Positions 45,517 to 54,631 of a DNA stretch of 64,000 bases are shown here, piece by piece (the first letter of the stretch is position 1; each line of letters starts with the position of its first letter). The notes beneath the pieces were generated by a model. That model did no database searches. It was not told where the DNA came from and saw nothing but the letters and a program-made list of their open reading frames with translations. Origin of the DNA: Myxococcales bacterium (lineage in GTDB: Bacteria; Myxococcota_A; Polyangia; Polyangiales; DASUME01); the NCBI GenBank assembly GCA_047601445.1, contig JASGJH010000001.1, forward strand, positions 7,168,001-7,232,000. Direction: 5' to 3'. The translations under genes were made by a program, and so were the position numbers.

Positions 45517-46736
45517 GGCATCCTCCTGATCAGCGTACTCACGTTGAAGCCCCCGAAACCCGCCGCCATGTTCAGGCACGTGGTGAGCGCGGCCGGGCGC
45601 CCCTTGAGCGGCACGAAATCGAGGCCGAAGGCCGGGTCCGGGTCGGTCAGGCTCGCCGTGGGCAACACCGCCTGTCGCTCCAGCATCAGCACGCAAGCGA
45701 TGGCCTCGATGGCGCTCGCCGCGCCGTTGGTGTGCCCCAGCATCGACTTGATGGAGGACACCGGCACCTGCGTGCAGCGCGCCCCGAGTACGGCCTTGAG
45801 CGCCAGCACCTCGCCCGCGTCGTTGTACTGCGTGCCCGTGCCGTGCGCGCTCACATAGTCGATCTCGTCGGCCGACGCGCCGCTGGTGGCCAGTGCCTGC
45901 AGAGCAGCCCGTGCGAAGCCCTCGCCGGTGGGCTCGGGAGCCGTGAGATGGTACGCGTCGTTGCTGATGCCGAAGCCGAGTAGCTCGGCCCTGCAGCGCG
46001 CCCCCCGGCGCTCGGCGTGCTCGAAGCTCTCGAGCACCAGCACCGCCGCTCCCTCACCGAACGACACCCCGTCGCGCTCGCGGTGGAAGGGCTTGAGGAA
46101 GCTCTTGGAGAGCGCCCCCATCCGACGAAAGCCGCAGTAGGTGAGCCGCGTCAGCGTATCGACGCCACCCACCAGTACGAGCTCGGCGCCGCCAGACGCG
46201 ACCAGGTCGTAGCCCCATGCGATGGCGGCGTTGCCAGAGCTGCAGGCGGTGGCGTTCATCAGCACGGGCCCGGTTGCGCCCACGTCGCGCGCCACGGCCG
46301 CGGCGATCCGGTGATTGTCGGAGCATTCGAAGAGCTCTCCCCAGCTTGTCGCCTGCGCGTCCTGCGCACGCTGCTCATTGAACGCTCCGACTTGGCGTTC
46401 CTCCCCCAAGGTCGTGCCGAGCACCACACCTGCTCCGGTCAGCGCCGGGCTGGCCGCGGTAAGACCTGCGTCGCGCAGCGCACGCCGGCCTGCGCACACC
46501 GCAAGCCCGACGGCGCGGCGCGCCGGTGTTCCCCACTCCGCCCACGGATCTTCCGTGAGGTCCGCCTCGGCCCCCACGAGGCCCGGCAGCTCCGCGATGG
46601 CGAAGTGCTCGAGCGGCTTGATGAACGAGGTCCCCGTGTAGAGCGCGTCCCAAAAGCGCCCCAGATCTCCGCCCGCCGGGCTCACCAAACCGAGTCCAGT
46701 GATCGCAACACGTCGTTCGCGTCGGACGGATGTCAT
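45513..46736 (-). CDS. Type II beta-ketoacyl-ACP synthase (active KS)
   Basis: RVAITGLG, TACSSG (Cys), GEGAA, DAYHLTAP, SAHGTGT (His) and KSMLGHT (His). Confidence 0.95.
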   Translation of the reverse strand: MTSVRRERRVAITGLGLVSPAGGDLGRFWDALYTGTSFIKPLEHFAIAELPGLVGAEADLTEDPWAEWGTPARRAVGLAVCAGRRALRDAGLTAASPALTGAGVVLGTTLGEERQVGAFNEQRAQDAQATSWGELFECSDNHRIAAAVARDVGATGPVLMNATACSSGNAAIAWGYDLVASGGAELVLVGGVDTLTRLTYCGFRRMGALSKSFLKPFHRERDGVSFGEGAAVLVLESFEHAERRGARCRAELLGFGISNDAYHLTAPEPTGEGFARAALQALATSGASADEIDYVSAHGTGTQYNDAGEVLALKAVLGARCTQVPVSSIKSMLGHTNGAASAIEAIACVLMLERQAVLPTASLTDPDPAFGLDFVPLKGRPAALTTCLNMAAGFGGFNVSTLIRRMP

Positions 46737-46750
46737 GGGTTAGTTTTCCT

Positions 46751-46975
46751 TCACAGTCTCAGGGACTCGACCACGCGCACCAGGTCATCGAAGGTGCCGA
46801 CCTCGGCATAACGCTCCTCGGGAAACTTCACCGAGAAGGTCTGCTCGATCTCGAACATCAGCTCCATCACGCGCACCGAGTCCACCTTGAGCTCGTCCCG
46901 CAAGTGCGCTGACCTCGCGAAGTCGTCCTCAGTCTCCGCGATCTTTGCCACGATGGTTCGCAGTTCCTTTTCCAT
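46751..46975 (-). CDS. Acyl carrier protein
   Basis: 74-aa acidic protein with L.VDS.RVMEL..EIE..F (phosphopantetheinylation Ser) and a purine-rich RBS. Confidence 0.9.
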   Translation of the reverse strand: MEKELRTIVAKIAETEDDFARSAHLRDELKVDSVRVMELMFEIEQTFSVKFPEERYAEVGTFDDLVRVVESLRL

Positions 46976-47018
46976 ACCCCTGTTCTCCCCCTTTTACGAA
47001 TCCAATGCCGGTCAGCCT

Positions 47019-47279
47019 TTACGTACCCGCGCCCGAAAGCTTTCCCTTCACCAGGTTGGCCACCGCGCTCACGGTGCGGAACGAGTCGGTGCTCACGTCC
47101 GCCGGGTCGAGCTGCACCTCGAATTTCTCGTCCAGAAAGGCCACCAGGGCCAACGTCGAGAACGAGTCCAAGATGCCGCTTGCCTGGAGATCCGTCTGCT
47201 CCGTGAATCCCCGCGCGTCGCCGCTCAGCCAGGTTGTCACGATGTAGTCGATGATCTCGTCCATTACGCGCGTTTCCAC
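47019..47279 (-). CDS. Peptidyl/pyrrolyl carrier protein (PltL/RedO-like)
   Basis: TDL.ASGILDSFSTLALVAFLDEKF.V.L.PADV...SFRTV. AAGGAG RBS precedes the GTG start. Confidence 0.88.
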   Translation of the reverse strand: METRVMDEIIDYIVTTWLSGDARGFTEQTDLQASGILDSFSTLALVAFLDEKFEVQLDPADVSTDSFRTVSAVANLVKGKLSGAGT

Positions 47280-47292
47280 CTAGTTCTTCTCC

Positions 47293-48877
47293 TTATTTCG
47301 TCCCGCGCACCGCTGCGCGCGCATCCGTCGTCGCCGCCGCTCGAGCTTGCTGGCTCTCGAGCACGTCGTTCTTCACCTTCACGCGGTCGATCTTGCCGCT
47401 CGTGGTGCGAGGCATGGAGGGCACGGTGCGCACCTCCGAGGGGATCATGTAGCGAGGCAACTTGGACGCGCAGTGTTGCTTGATTTGCAGGATGGAGAGC
47501 TGCGGATCGCTCGCCACCAGCACGGTCACGAGCTCCTGACCCACCACCAGCGCGATCGCTTCCTGAATGCCGGGGTGCAAGAGTAGCGCGGACTCCACCT
47601 CGCCGAGCTCGATGCGATAGCCGTGGACCTTCACCATGTGGTCGCGGCGGCCGTGGTACATCACCGCGCCGTCGGGACGCTGCGAGACCATGTCTCCCGT
47701 GGCGTAGGGGCGCTTGGCGAGCAAGGGCGAGCCCGCGTTCCAATAGCCCACCATCACGGTCGGACCGTCGATGAACAGCTCGCCCACTTCGCCCGGCTTC
47801 ACGGGGCGCCCGTTCTCGTCGAGGATGGACATCACGTCGCCGCAGGACGGGTGTCCGATCGGAATCGCGTTGTCTTCCTCGGCGGGGATCTCGGGCAGCG
47901 CGTAGGCCAGGCAGACGTTGGTCTCGGTGGGCCCGAACAGATTCCAGAACTTGGCCTGCGGCAGTGCGCGCATGGCGCGTCGCAGGTGCTTCATGGGAAA
48001 CACTTCGCCCGCGAAGTACACGGCGCGCAGGGAGGGCGCGCCCTGTTCCTCGAGGTCAGCCTGGTCGAGCATCAGGATCAGCGCGGACGGCACCGAGTAC
48101 CAGACGCTGATGTTGCGCTGTCGAATACGCTCGAGCATGCGCGGACCGCTGACCACCGTGGTCTCGTCCACGATCACGATGGTGGCGCCTACCCAGAGTG
48201 CGGTCCACACGTCGAAGATCGAGAGGTCGAAGTGGAAAGGAGCCACGCTGGCCACGCGGTCGGAGTGGTTGAGCTCGATTCTGATTGCCGGCCCATTCGA
48301 TGAAGGCGAACGCATTGCGGTGGGAGAGCATCACGCCCTTGGGCACGCCGGTGGAGCCCGAGGTGTAGAGGATGTATGCGAGCTCGTCCGCGGCCTCGCT
48401 CGGCGGGTCCATGCGCTCGCCGCTCTCGTCTTGCACCTCGGCCCAGTGATGGATCACGGCGTCGTGCTGCACGGCGGGCAGCGGGCCGTCGGCGCTCAGC
48501 ACGAAGTGACGCACGGGCGACTGCACGCCGGATGCGAGCCAGCTCGAGAGCAGCACCGGCGAGATCACCACGTGACGAATCCCGCAGTCCCTGGCGATCA
48601 AAGCGATGCGCGCCGGCGGCGAGCCCGGATCGAGCGGCACGTAGACCGCTCCCGCACGCAGCGCGCCCAGCATGGCCGCCACGGTGCGACCGGAGCGTGG
48701 CATGTGCACACCCACGCGGTCGCCCTTCATCACGCCCATGCGCTGAAAGAGCCGGGCAAACCGGTTGGCGAGCTGGTCGAGCTCTCGGTAGGTGATCTTC
48801 TCGATCACACCCTCCACGGCGACGTGGTTGGGGTCGTAGTCTGCCCACGCACTCACGAACTGATCTAACCGCATCAT
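47293..48877 (-). pseudogene. Stand-alone L-proline adenylation enzyme (PltF/RedM-like), split by a 1-nt insertion (real or sequencing error)
   Basis: The 5' frame has TYRELD, YVPLDP and YILYTSGSTGVPKG. The 3' frame has FHFDLS, WYSVPS, FAGE, NLFGPTETNVC, YATGD, GRRD..VK..GYRIELGE and SGKIDR. The frames join if one A is removed at 48279-48280. Confidence 0.88.
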
Positions 48878-50022
48878 GGCAATCCCATCGCTTTCGCAAT
48901 AATCGCGCGCTGAATCTCCGACGTACCCGAGAAGATGCGCGACGGAATCGCGTCGCGCAGAAGAGCGTCCACGCCGGTCTCCGGCAAGATCCCGGCACCA
49001 CCGAAAATCTGCACCGCGTCGAGGCCAGACTGAACGGCGGCCTCCGCGATGTAGAGCTTGCTCATAGCTACGGCTTCCTCGCAGCGTTTACCCCGGCGAT
49101 GCAAATCGCCCGCATGCAGCAGGAGGAGCCGCGAGGCCTCGAGCCGCAGGCGCATGTCGACCAGCTTGTTCGAGACGCCCTGGAAGCTCCCCAAAGCCTG
49201 CCCGAACTGTCGACGGGTGCGCGCGTGCTCCACACACTCGTCGAGGCTTCTCGCCATGGCGCCGACGTAATATGCAAATAGGCAGCCACGCTCCCAGATC
49301 ATCGATTCACGGAACAGCATCGCCCCCGCGCCCTCGGGGCCCACCCGCATCTGTTCTGGGACGACACACTCTTCGAGGTACACGGTGCCCCACGGAGAGG
49401 TCCTGAGACCGCTCTTGGTCTCGCCGGGCGCGACCCTCAGACCCTTGGTGTCACGCGGCACCAAGAACGCGCTGATGCCGAGGAATCCGCGCTCCGGACT
49501 GGTCGACGCATAGACCAGGAATAGGTCGGCCACCGGCGCATTGGTGATAAAGAACTTGGTGCCCTCGAGTACATACTCACCCCCCACCCGGCGAGCGCTC
49601 GCCTTCAGCGAATACACGTCGGAGCCGGCGTTCGGCTCGGTGGTGGCGTTCGAGCAGATCAGGCGACCCGCCGCGATGTCTGTAAGGTAGCGTTCCTGGT
49701 GGTACTTGGAGCGTGAGCGCCAGATCGGCACGGCTGAGGCAAAAGTGTGCGCGCAGAGCGAGAACACCAGGCCTCCATCCTCCGAACCACGGCCCAGCGC
49801 CTCGACCAACAGCATGGTGTCGACCGCGTCGAAGCCGCCGCCGCCCCATTGCTCCGGGATGGGCAAACCGGTCAGACCGAACTCGGCCGCTTCGTTCCAC
49901 AGCTTGCGGTCGAAGGTGCCTGCTCGATCGCGCTCGCGCGCGCCAGGGGAAAGTCGATTGCGCGCAAACTCGAGGGTTGCCTCGATGCGCTCGCGTTGGC
50001 TCGCCGTGAGCTCCATGCTCAT
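48874..50022 (-). CDS. Acyl-CoA dehydrogenase family protein, probable L-prolyl-carrier-protein dehydrogenase (PltE/RedW-like)
   Basis: PEQWGG.G, D.GL.FS..AH....VPI, TEP.AGSD, GTK.FITNAP.AD, WER, R.QFG, QIFGG.G and IFSGTSEIQR. ATGA-coupled to the adenylation gene. Start 50022 or 50016. Confidence 0.85.
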   Translation of the reverse strand: MSMELTASQRERIEATLEFARNRLSPGARERDRAGTFDRKLWNEAAEFGLTGLPIPEQWGGGGFDAVDTMLLVEALGRGSEDGGLVFSLCAHTFASAVPIWRSRSKYHQERYLTDIAAGRLICSNATTEPNAGSDVYSLKASARRVGGEYVLEGTKFFITNAPVADLFLVYASTSPERGFLGISAFLVPRDTKGLRVAPGETKSGLRTSPWGTVYLEECVVPEQMRVGPEGAGAMLFRESMIWERGCLFAYYVGAMARSLDECVEHARTRRQFGQALGSFQGVSNKLVDMRLRLEASRLLLLHAGDLHRRGKRCEEAVAMSKLYIAEAAVQSGLDAVQIFGGAGILPETGVDALLRDAIPSRIFSGTSEIQRAIIAKAMGLP

Positions 50023-50141
50023 CAAAAGGACATGCGGATGCGGGCGATGCAAATCGGATCTGTGCGGCTCTTCCAATCTGGCACCGCTACACTCGACGCT
50101 CCGAATCACGCTGGCTTTTAGGCTCTATTCCATCACCGAAC

Positions 50142-51902
50142 ATGACGATCTTCAGCATCTACCTGCGCGTACTCAATCAGCTGGGCCCCGAGAAGCGCCT
50201 CGGAATTTGGCTCGCCGTCGCAAACCTCGCGCTGGCGACCGCGCAGTTCGCGGAGCCCGTCTTGTTCGGTCGCATCATCGACTCGCTGACGCGTCTTTCG
50301 CGCTCGGACGGACCGTTCGAAATTGCGCGGCTCGCTCCACTTTTGCTGGTCTGGATCGCTTTTGGGTTCTTCAGCATCGGCGCCGGGGTCCTGGTTGCGC
50401 TGCATGCCGACCGGCTTGCGCACCGCCGGCGCGTCTCGGTGATGGCGGACTACTTCGAGCACGCGCTCTCCTTACCCCTGTCTTTCCACCTCACTACGCA
50501 CTCCGGTCGTCTGCTCAAGGCCATGCTGGGCGGGGCCGACTCCATGAGCTGGCTCTGGCTCGGGTTCTTTCGCGAACAGTGCGCTACCGCAGTCGCCCTG
50601 CTGGTGCTCTTGCCCCTTACGGTCTTCCTCAACCCATGGCTAGGCGGATTGCTGGTGGTGCTGGTGCTGTTCTTCTGCGCGCTGACCATGAAAGTGGCGC
50701 GTCGCACTCAGACCCTTCAGGCCCAGGTCACGCAGCACCATACCAAACTCGCCGAGCACACCAGCGACGCCCTCGCGAACGTTCCCGTAATCCAGAGCTT
50801 CACGCGGGTGGAAGCCGAGTTGCGCGCGCTTCAGGCCATCGGGCGCCGCTTGCTCGAGGCGCAAATTCCCGTGCTCTCGTGGTGGGCGGTGGCGGCCGTC
50901 GCCACGCGCGCTGCGGCCACCTTGACCGTGACCGGCATTCTCGTGCTTGGGGCCTGGCTGATCACGCAGCACAAGGCCAGCGTCGGCGAGCTCGTCACCT
51001 TCATGAGCCTCGCCACCATGTTGATCGGCCGGCTCGACGCCACGGTGGGCTTCGTGGGCACGCTGTTCATCGAGGCCCCCAAGATGCGCGAGCTCTTCAC
51101 ACTGCTCGATACTACCCCCAGCGTGCGCGACCGGCCCGACGCCCGCGACGTGCAGCGACTCTCCGGCGCCATCGAGTTCGACGACATCCATTTCTCCTAC
51201 GATCCCAAGCGTAAGATCCTCGATGGCCTTACTTTTCAGGTGAACCCAGGTGAAACCGTCGCCTTGGTGGGAGCCTCGGGCTCTGGCAAGACCACCACGC
51301 TCTCCCTGCTGTATCGCGCCTTCGATCCCGAGCGCGGACGCATCCTGGCGGATGGCCTCGAACTCGGCGCCTACACGCTGCACTCGCTGCGCCGCAATAT
51401 CGCGGTGGTGTTCCAGGAGCCCATGTTGTTCGCGCGCTCTATCCGAGAGAATCTGCTGGTGGGCAAGCCCGACGCCAGCGACGCCGAGATCCGTCGTGCG
51501 CTCGAGCGGGCGCAGGCGTGGGAGCTGGTGGAGCAGCAGCCCGAGGGACTCGACACGGTGCTCGGTGAGCGTGGTCGCTCTCTCTCCGGTGGTGAGCGCC
51601 AGCGCCTGTCCATCGCGCGTGCGCTGCTCAAGAATCCGCCCATTCTGATTCTCGACGAGGCCACCGCTGCGCTCGACGCCGACACCGAGCGCAAAGTGAA
51701 GCTGGCCCTCGACGAGGTCATGCGCGAGCGCACTACATTCGTGATCGCGCATCGCCTGTCCACGGTGCGGGACGCCAGCCGGATCCTGGTGTTCGAGCAG
51801 GGCCGCATCGTGGAGAGCGGGACCTTCGGCGCGCTGGCGGAACGGGGAGGGCGCTTTTCGGAGCTCGTGCGTGCCCAGGTGCTCGACGTACCCAAGAGCT
51901 AA
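50142..51902 (+). CDS. ABC exporter (fused TMD-NBD) resembling cyclic beta-1,2-glucan exporters NdvA/ChvA
   Basis: N-terminus Y.RVL..LG.E.RLG..LA.ANL.LA.AQFAEPVLFGRIID and ADRLAHRRR recall NdvA/ChvA. Walker A GASGSGKT, LSGGERQR and ILDEAT. Confidence 0.85.
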   Translation: MTIFSIYLRVLNQLGPEKRLGIWLAVANLALATAQFAEPVLFGRIIDSLTRLSRSDGPFEIARLAPLLLVWIAFGFFSIGAGVLVALHADRLAHRRRVSVMADYFEHALSLPLSFHLTTHSGRLLKAMLGGADSMSWLWLGFFREQCATAVALLVLLPLTVFLNPWLGGLLVVLVLFFCALTMKVARRTQTLQAQVTQHHTKLAEHTSDALANVPVIQSFTRVEAELRALQAIGRRLLEAQIPVLSWWAVAAVATRAAATLTVTGILVLGAWLITQHKASVGELVTFMSLATMLIGRLDATVGFVGTLFIEAPKMRELFTLLDTTPSVRDRPDARDVQRLSGAIEFDDIHFSYDPKRKILDGLTFQVNPGETVALVGASGSGKTTTLSLLYRAFDPERGRILADGLELGAYTLHSLRRNIAVVFQEPMLFARSIRENLLVGKPDASDAEIRRALERAQAWELVEQQPEGLDTVLGERGRSLSGGERQRLSIARALLKNPPILILDEATAALDADTERKVKLALDEVMRERTTFVIAHRLSTVRDASRILVFEQGRIVESGTFGALAERGGRFSELVRAQVLDVPKS

Positions 51903-52079
51903 TCCAGGATGGGGACACTTTCGATAGAGCGTTCGTCTCAATGGCTCGGGTATTCTCGTGAAATCGTTCGATTTGGACTCTCAAGACGACGGCCCACACA
52001 ACGTGGTTTGGTGTTCGCGAACGGGAGCATCGGCACCCGTCGTCTTACGCGTCATGCAAACAGTTCGCTTGTCATCGAT

Positions 52080-52466
52080 TCATGCGAGTTTACGCTTCGT
52101 TCGCATTTCAGAAATCACACCGGCGCATGCTGTGTTGATGGCTCGCTCGGCGGGTAACGCGGGCGTGATAGGCGTCGAAACAGAGCTGTTGAACCCGGCC
52201 GCTTCGGCGCGGCCTCTCAAGGAGTGATGGTCCATGGCGAATGATAAGAGCCTTGTCGAGAAGTCCCCTTCAGGCGATCCCTTGGTGATGGGCGTCAGCG
52301 TTCCGCTGATGATGACCAAAACCAAAGCCACCGAGATCGCTTCCGCCTGGCGCGAGTGCTTCGTGGAGCTCTTCAGCGTCGCAAAGACCAAGTACATGCC
52401 CGAGAAGAGCGCCACCAACGGCGCTGTTGCTCCGACCATCAGCGCCTGACACTCAGGCGATTGCAT
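52080..52466 (-). CDS. Possible small membrane protein; strand ambiguous
   Basis: Two hydrophobic segments. A competing + strand ORF (52234..52449) has an AAGGAG RBS, and I cannot decide between them. Confidence 0.3.
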   Translation of the reverse strand: MQSPECQALMVGATAPLVALFSGMYLVFATLKSSTKHSRQAEAISVALVLVIISGTLTPITKGSPEGDFSTRLLSFAMDHHSLRGRAEAAGFNSSVSTPITPALPAERAINTACAGVISEMRTKRKLA

Positions 52467-52576
52467 CGGCCCAAGCGCGCGCCAGGGAGACCCGGCGCGC
52501 GCTTCGTGTTTTCACCGCAATTTCTGCGCTGCTACATGACCGGATGGGCAACCCGAACGCCCGATTCGACCCGCCA

Positions 52577-54568
52577 TCACAAGCAGTCGAAGCGATAGAC
52601 CACGCCGGCAGCCGACGCGGTCTCGCCTGGCTCGCGCCAGGAGTCGAGGTTCGAGTCCAGCTTGGAGAACGAGTTGGGCGCGGAGACCAGCACTGCGCGG
52701 GGGGTAGCGAGGATGTTGATCAAGGCCGGCTCCAACACGACGACCACCGCGGGAAACCTGCCGGGGTTCGCGTCTTGCCCGGTAAGCGCGTAGGCGTCGA
52801 TGCTGCGCGTAAGTCCCCAGTTCTCCAAGGACAGCTCCTCCACGCGAATCGGTTGTCCGCTGAACGACGGCTCGAAGCCCACACTCAACCAGCGGCCCCC
52901 TGACTGGATGGCGTCCGTGATCACGGTGGTCAGTGTGATGGCGTCCCCGAGCGCTCGCGAGATGCCGGAAGCGTGGGAAACCTCGAAGCGTACGAGCTCC
53001 GTCTGGTAAGGCTGTGTGGTGTGCGTGCGCCGCAGCAAGAACTCTGAGTGATCCGCGCGGCAGTCCACTTCTCCCATGCTCAGCCCATAGGCGCCCGGCA
53101 GCGCCGGATAGGTGCCGACTTCTTCCAGTAGTCCACCACCGAGCTTGCGACGCTCTAGCACACCGTGTTCGCCGGTTTGGGCGTGGGCTAGCAGCCATTC
53201 GCTGCGGCAGGGCACGGGCTCCAGCGCTCCTTCTGACGACGGGCCGAACTGAACGGTGCCTACGGGAGTGGGGTAGAGCGACACGACCTGTCCCATGCTC
53301 AGCGAGCCGTTCCTGAGCTCGAGGTTGATCAGATAGAGCCCGCCCTCCTTGACCTCGCAGAAACCCGGGCCGCCCGCGGCGGTGTTGGCGTGCCCGATTT
53401 CATGGCCGAAGGTCACGCCGATCTGCAGCTTGCCCGAGTTATCTTCGAAGGCCGCCACGTCGGAAGCCCAGAGTCGGTTGCAGTCATCTTCATCGAGGGT
53501 GCCCGGGTTGAGGTCCTCGTCCGCAGCGATGGCGATGTCCGTGCTGGCGAGCAGCTTGAGGTCATCCGCGCGTCGCACCTGGAGCACGAGGCTGTGACCG
53601 GCATTGGCGAGCTGGATGCCTGCCGAGTTGCGGCGTGAGTGAATCAGCAGAACCACATACTCGCCGTCTGAGGCCACGCGGAACGTCTTGGCACCCTGGG
53701 CGAGTGGCTGCGACATTTCTGAACCGGGGACGCCCTTGGCGTTTATGGCGCGGGCACGAACGGCCGAGCCATCGGACCCCGTACCCACCTTGTAGAGCAG
53801 CCAGCTGTTGTCGCCGCGTCCACGCGCGAGCTTGGTCAATGCACTCGGCGTTTGGCCCGCCTCCGGGCTGCGCGCGAACACGGATTGCGCGGCTCGCCCG
53901 AGCAAATCCTGGTCGACCACCCCATCGCAGTCGTCGTCGCGCCAGTTGCAAGTCTCCGTGGGCGGTGCGCAGGCGGCATCCACCGGGAGCGTGCAGCTGT
54001 CGGAGCAGGTGCCAGTGCCCTGAGATCCGCAGCTCGTGACGCAGGCCACTTGGCGGGCACCGCGCGCACAGGCGAAGCCGTTCTCGACCTGACCGTCACA
54101 GTCGTCGTCGATCCCGTTGCAGAGTTCGCTGACGCCTTCGTCGAGGGCGGAGTCGCAATCGTTGTCTCGGCCGTCGCCGCATGCCTCGGGAGCCTCGGGG
54201 TTCGACGTCTGGTCTCCATCATTGCAGTCGCCGGGCTGTAGATTGCCCTGGGCGCCCGCCCGCGCGCATTCTGTGGCCGACCCCGGGCCTCCAAAGTGAT
54301 CGCCGTCGCGATCTACCAGGCATTCTTGGGCGATTTCATCGATTATCGCGCCCGGCGGCCCGGCGTCCGGCGCCACGTTTCCAGCAGGCTCGTCGTCGTC
54401 TCGCCCACCCGCGTCCGACGTTCCCTCGTCTGCGATGGCACTCGCATCGGCCGCGGTGGCTTCGCAGCGCGAACCGGTTTTCACATAGTTGGTGGGACAT
54501 GGCGTTTGCGCGCAACCGACGCCCGCCGCCAGGCACACCACAACTCCCAGACCAGAAATCATCCGCAT
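52577..54568 (-). CDS. Lipoprotein with MopE-like Cys/Asp repeats and large beta-rich C-terminal domain
   Basis: Lipobox GVGC, then DRDGD.FG, DCND.....P.A.E.C.DG.DNDCD, E.CNG.DDDCDG and ETCN..DDDCDG. Confidence 0.85.
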   Translation of the reverse strand: MRMISGLGVVVCLAAGVGCAQTPCPTNYVKTGSRCEATAADASAIADEGTSDAGGRDDDEPAGNVAPDAGPPGAIIDEIAQECLVDRDGDHFGGPGSATECARAGAQGNLQPGDCNDGDQTSNPEAPEACGDGRDNDCDSALDEGVSELCNGIDDDCDGQVENGFACARGARQVACVTSCGSQGTGTCSDSCTLPVDAACAPPTETCNWRDDDCDGVVDQDLLGRAAQSVFARSPEAGQTPSALTKLARGRGDNSWLLYKVGTGSDGSAVRARAINAKGVPGSEMSQPLAQGAKTFRVASDGEYVVLLIHSRRNSAGIQLANAGHSLVLQVRRADDLKLLASTDIAIAADEDLNPGTLDEDDCNRLWASDVAAFEDNSGKLQIGVTFGHEIGHANTAAGGPGFCEVKEGGLYLINLELRNGSLSMGQVVSLYPTPVGTVQFGPSSEGALEPVPCRSEWLLAHAQTGEHGVLERRKLGGGLLEEVGTYPALPGAYGLSMGEVDCRADHSEFLLRRTHTTQPYQTELVRFEVSHASGISRALGDAITLTTVITDAIQSGGRWLSVGFEPSFSGQPIRVEELSLENWGLTRSIDAYALTGQDANPGRFPAVVVVLEPALINILATPRAVLVSAPNSFSKLDSNLDSWREPGETASAAGVVYRFDCL

Positions 54569-54631
54569 TGGCTTCGCTCCTGTGGGTCCTATCGGTCCCG
54601 GAGCGAAGCGGTTGCGTAAAAACGTCGGGCC

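Noticed and set aside
44341..46975. Housekeeping fabF/acpP locus
   Set aside because: There are no fabD, fabG, fabH or plsX neighbours, the second KS is inactive, and the ACP lacks the typical AcpP DLGADSLD motif.
47019..48877. Adenylase plus carrier as a dltA/dltC D-alanylation system
   Set aside because: There is no DltB/MBOAT or DltD gene. The coupled dehydrogenase and the pocket residues fit the proline-to-pyrrole route better.
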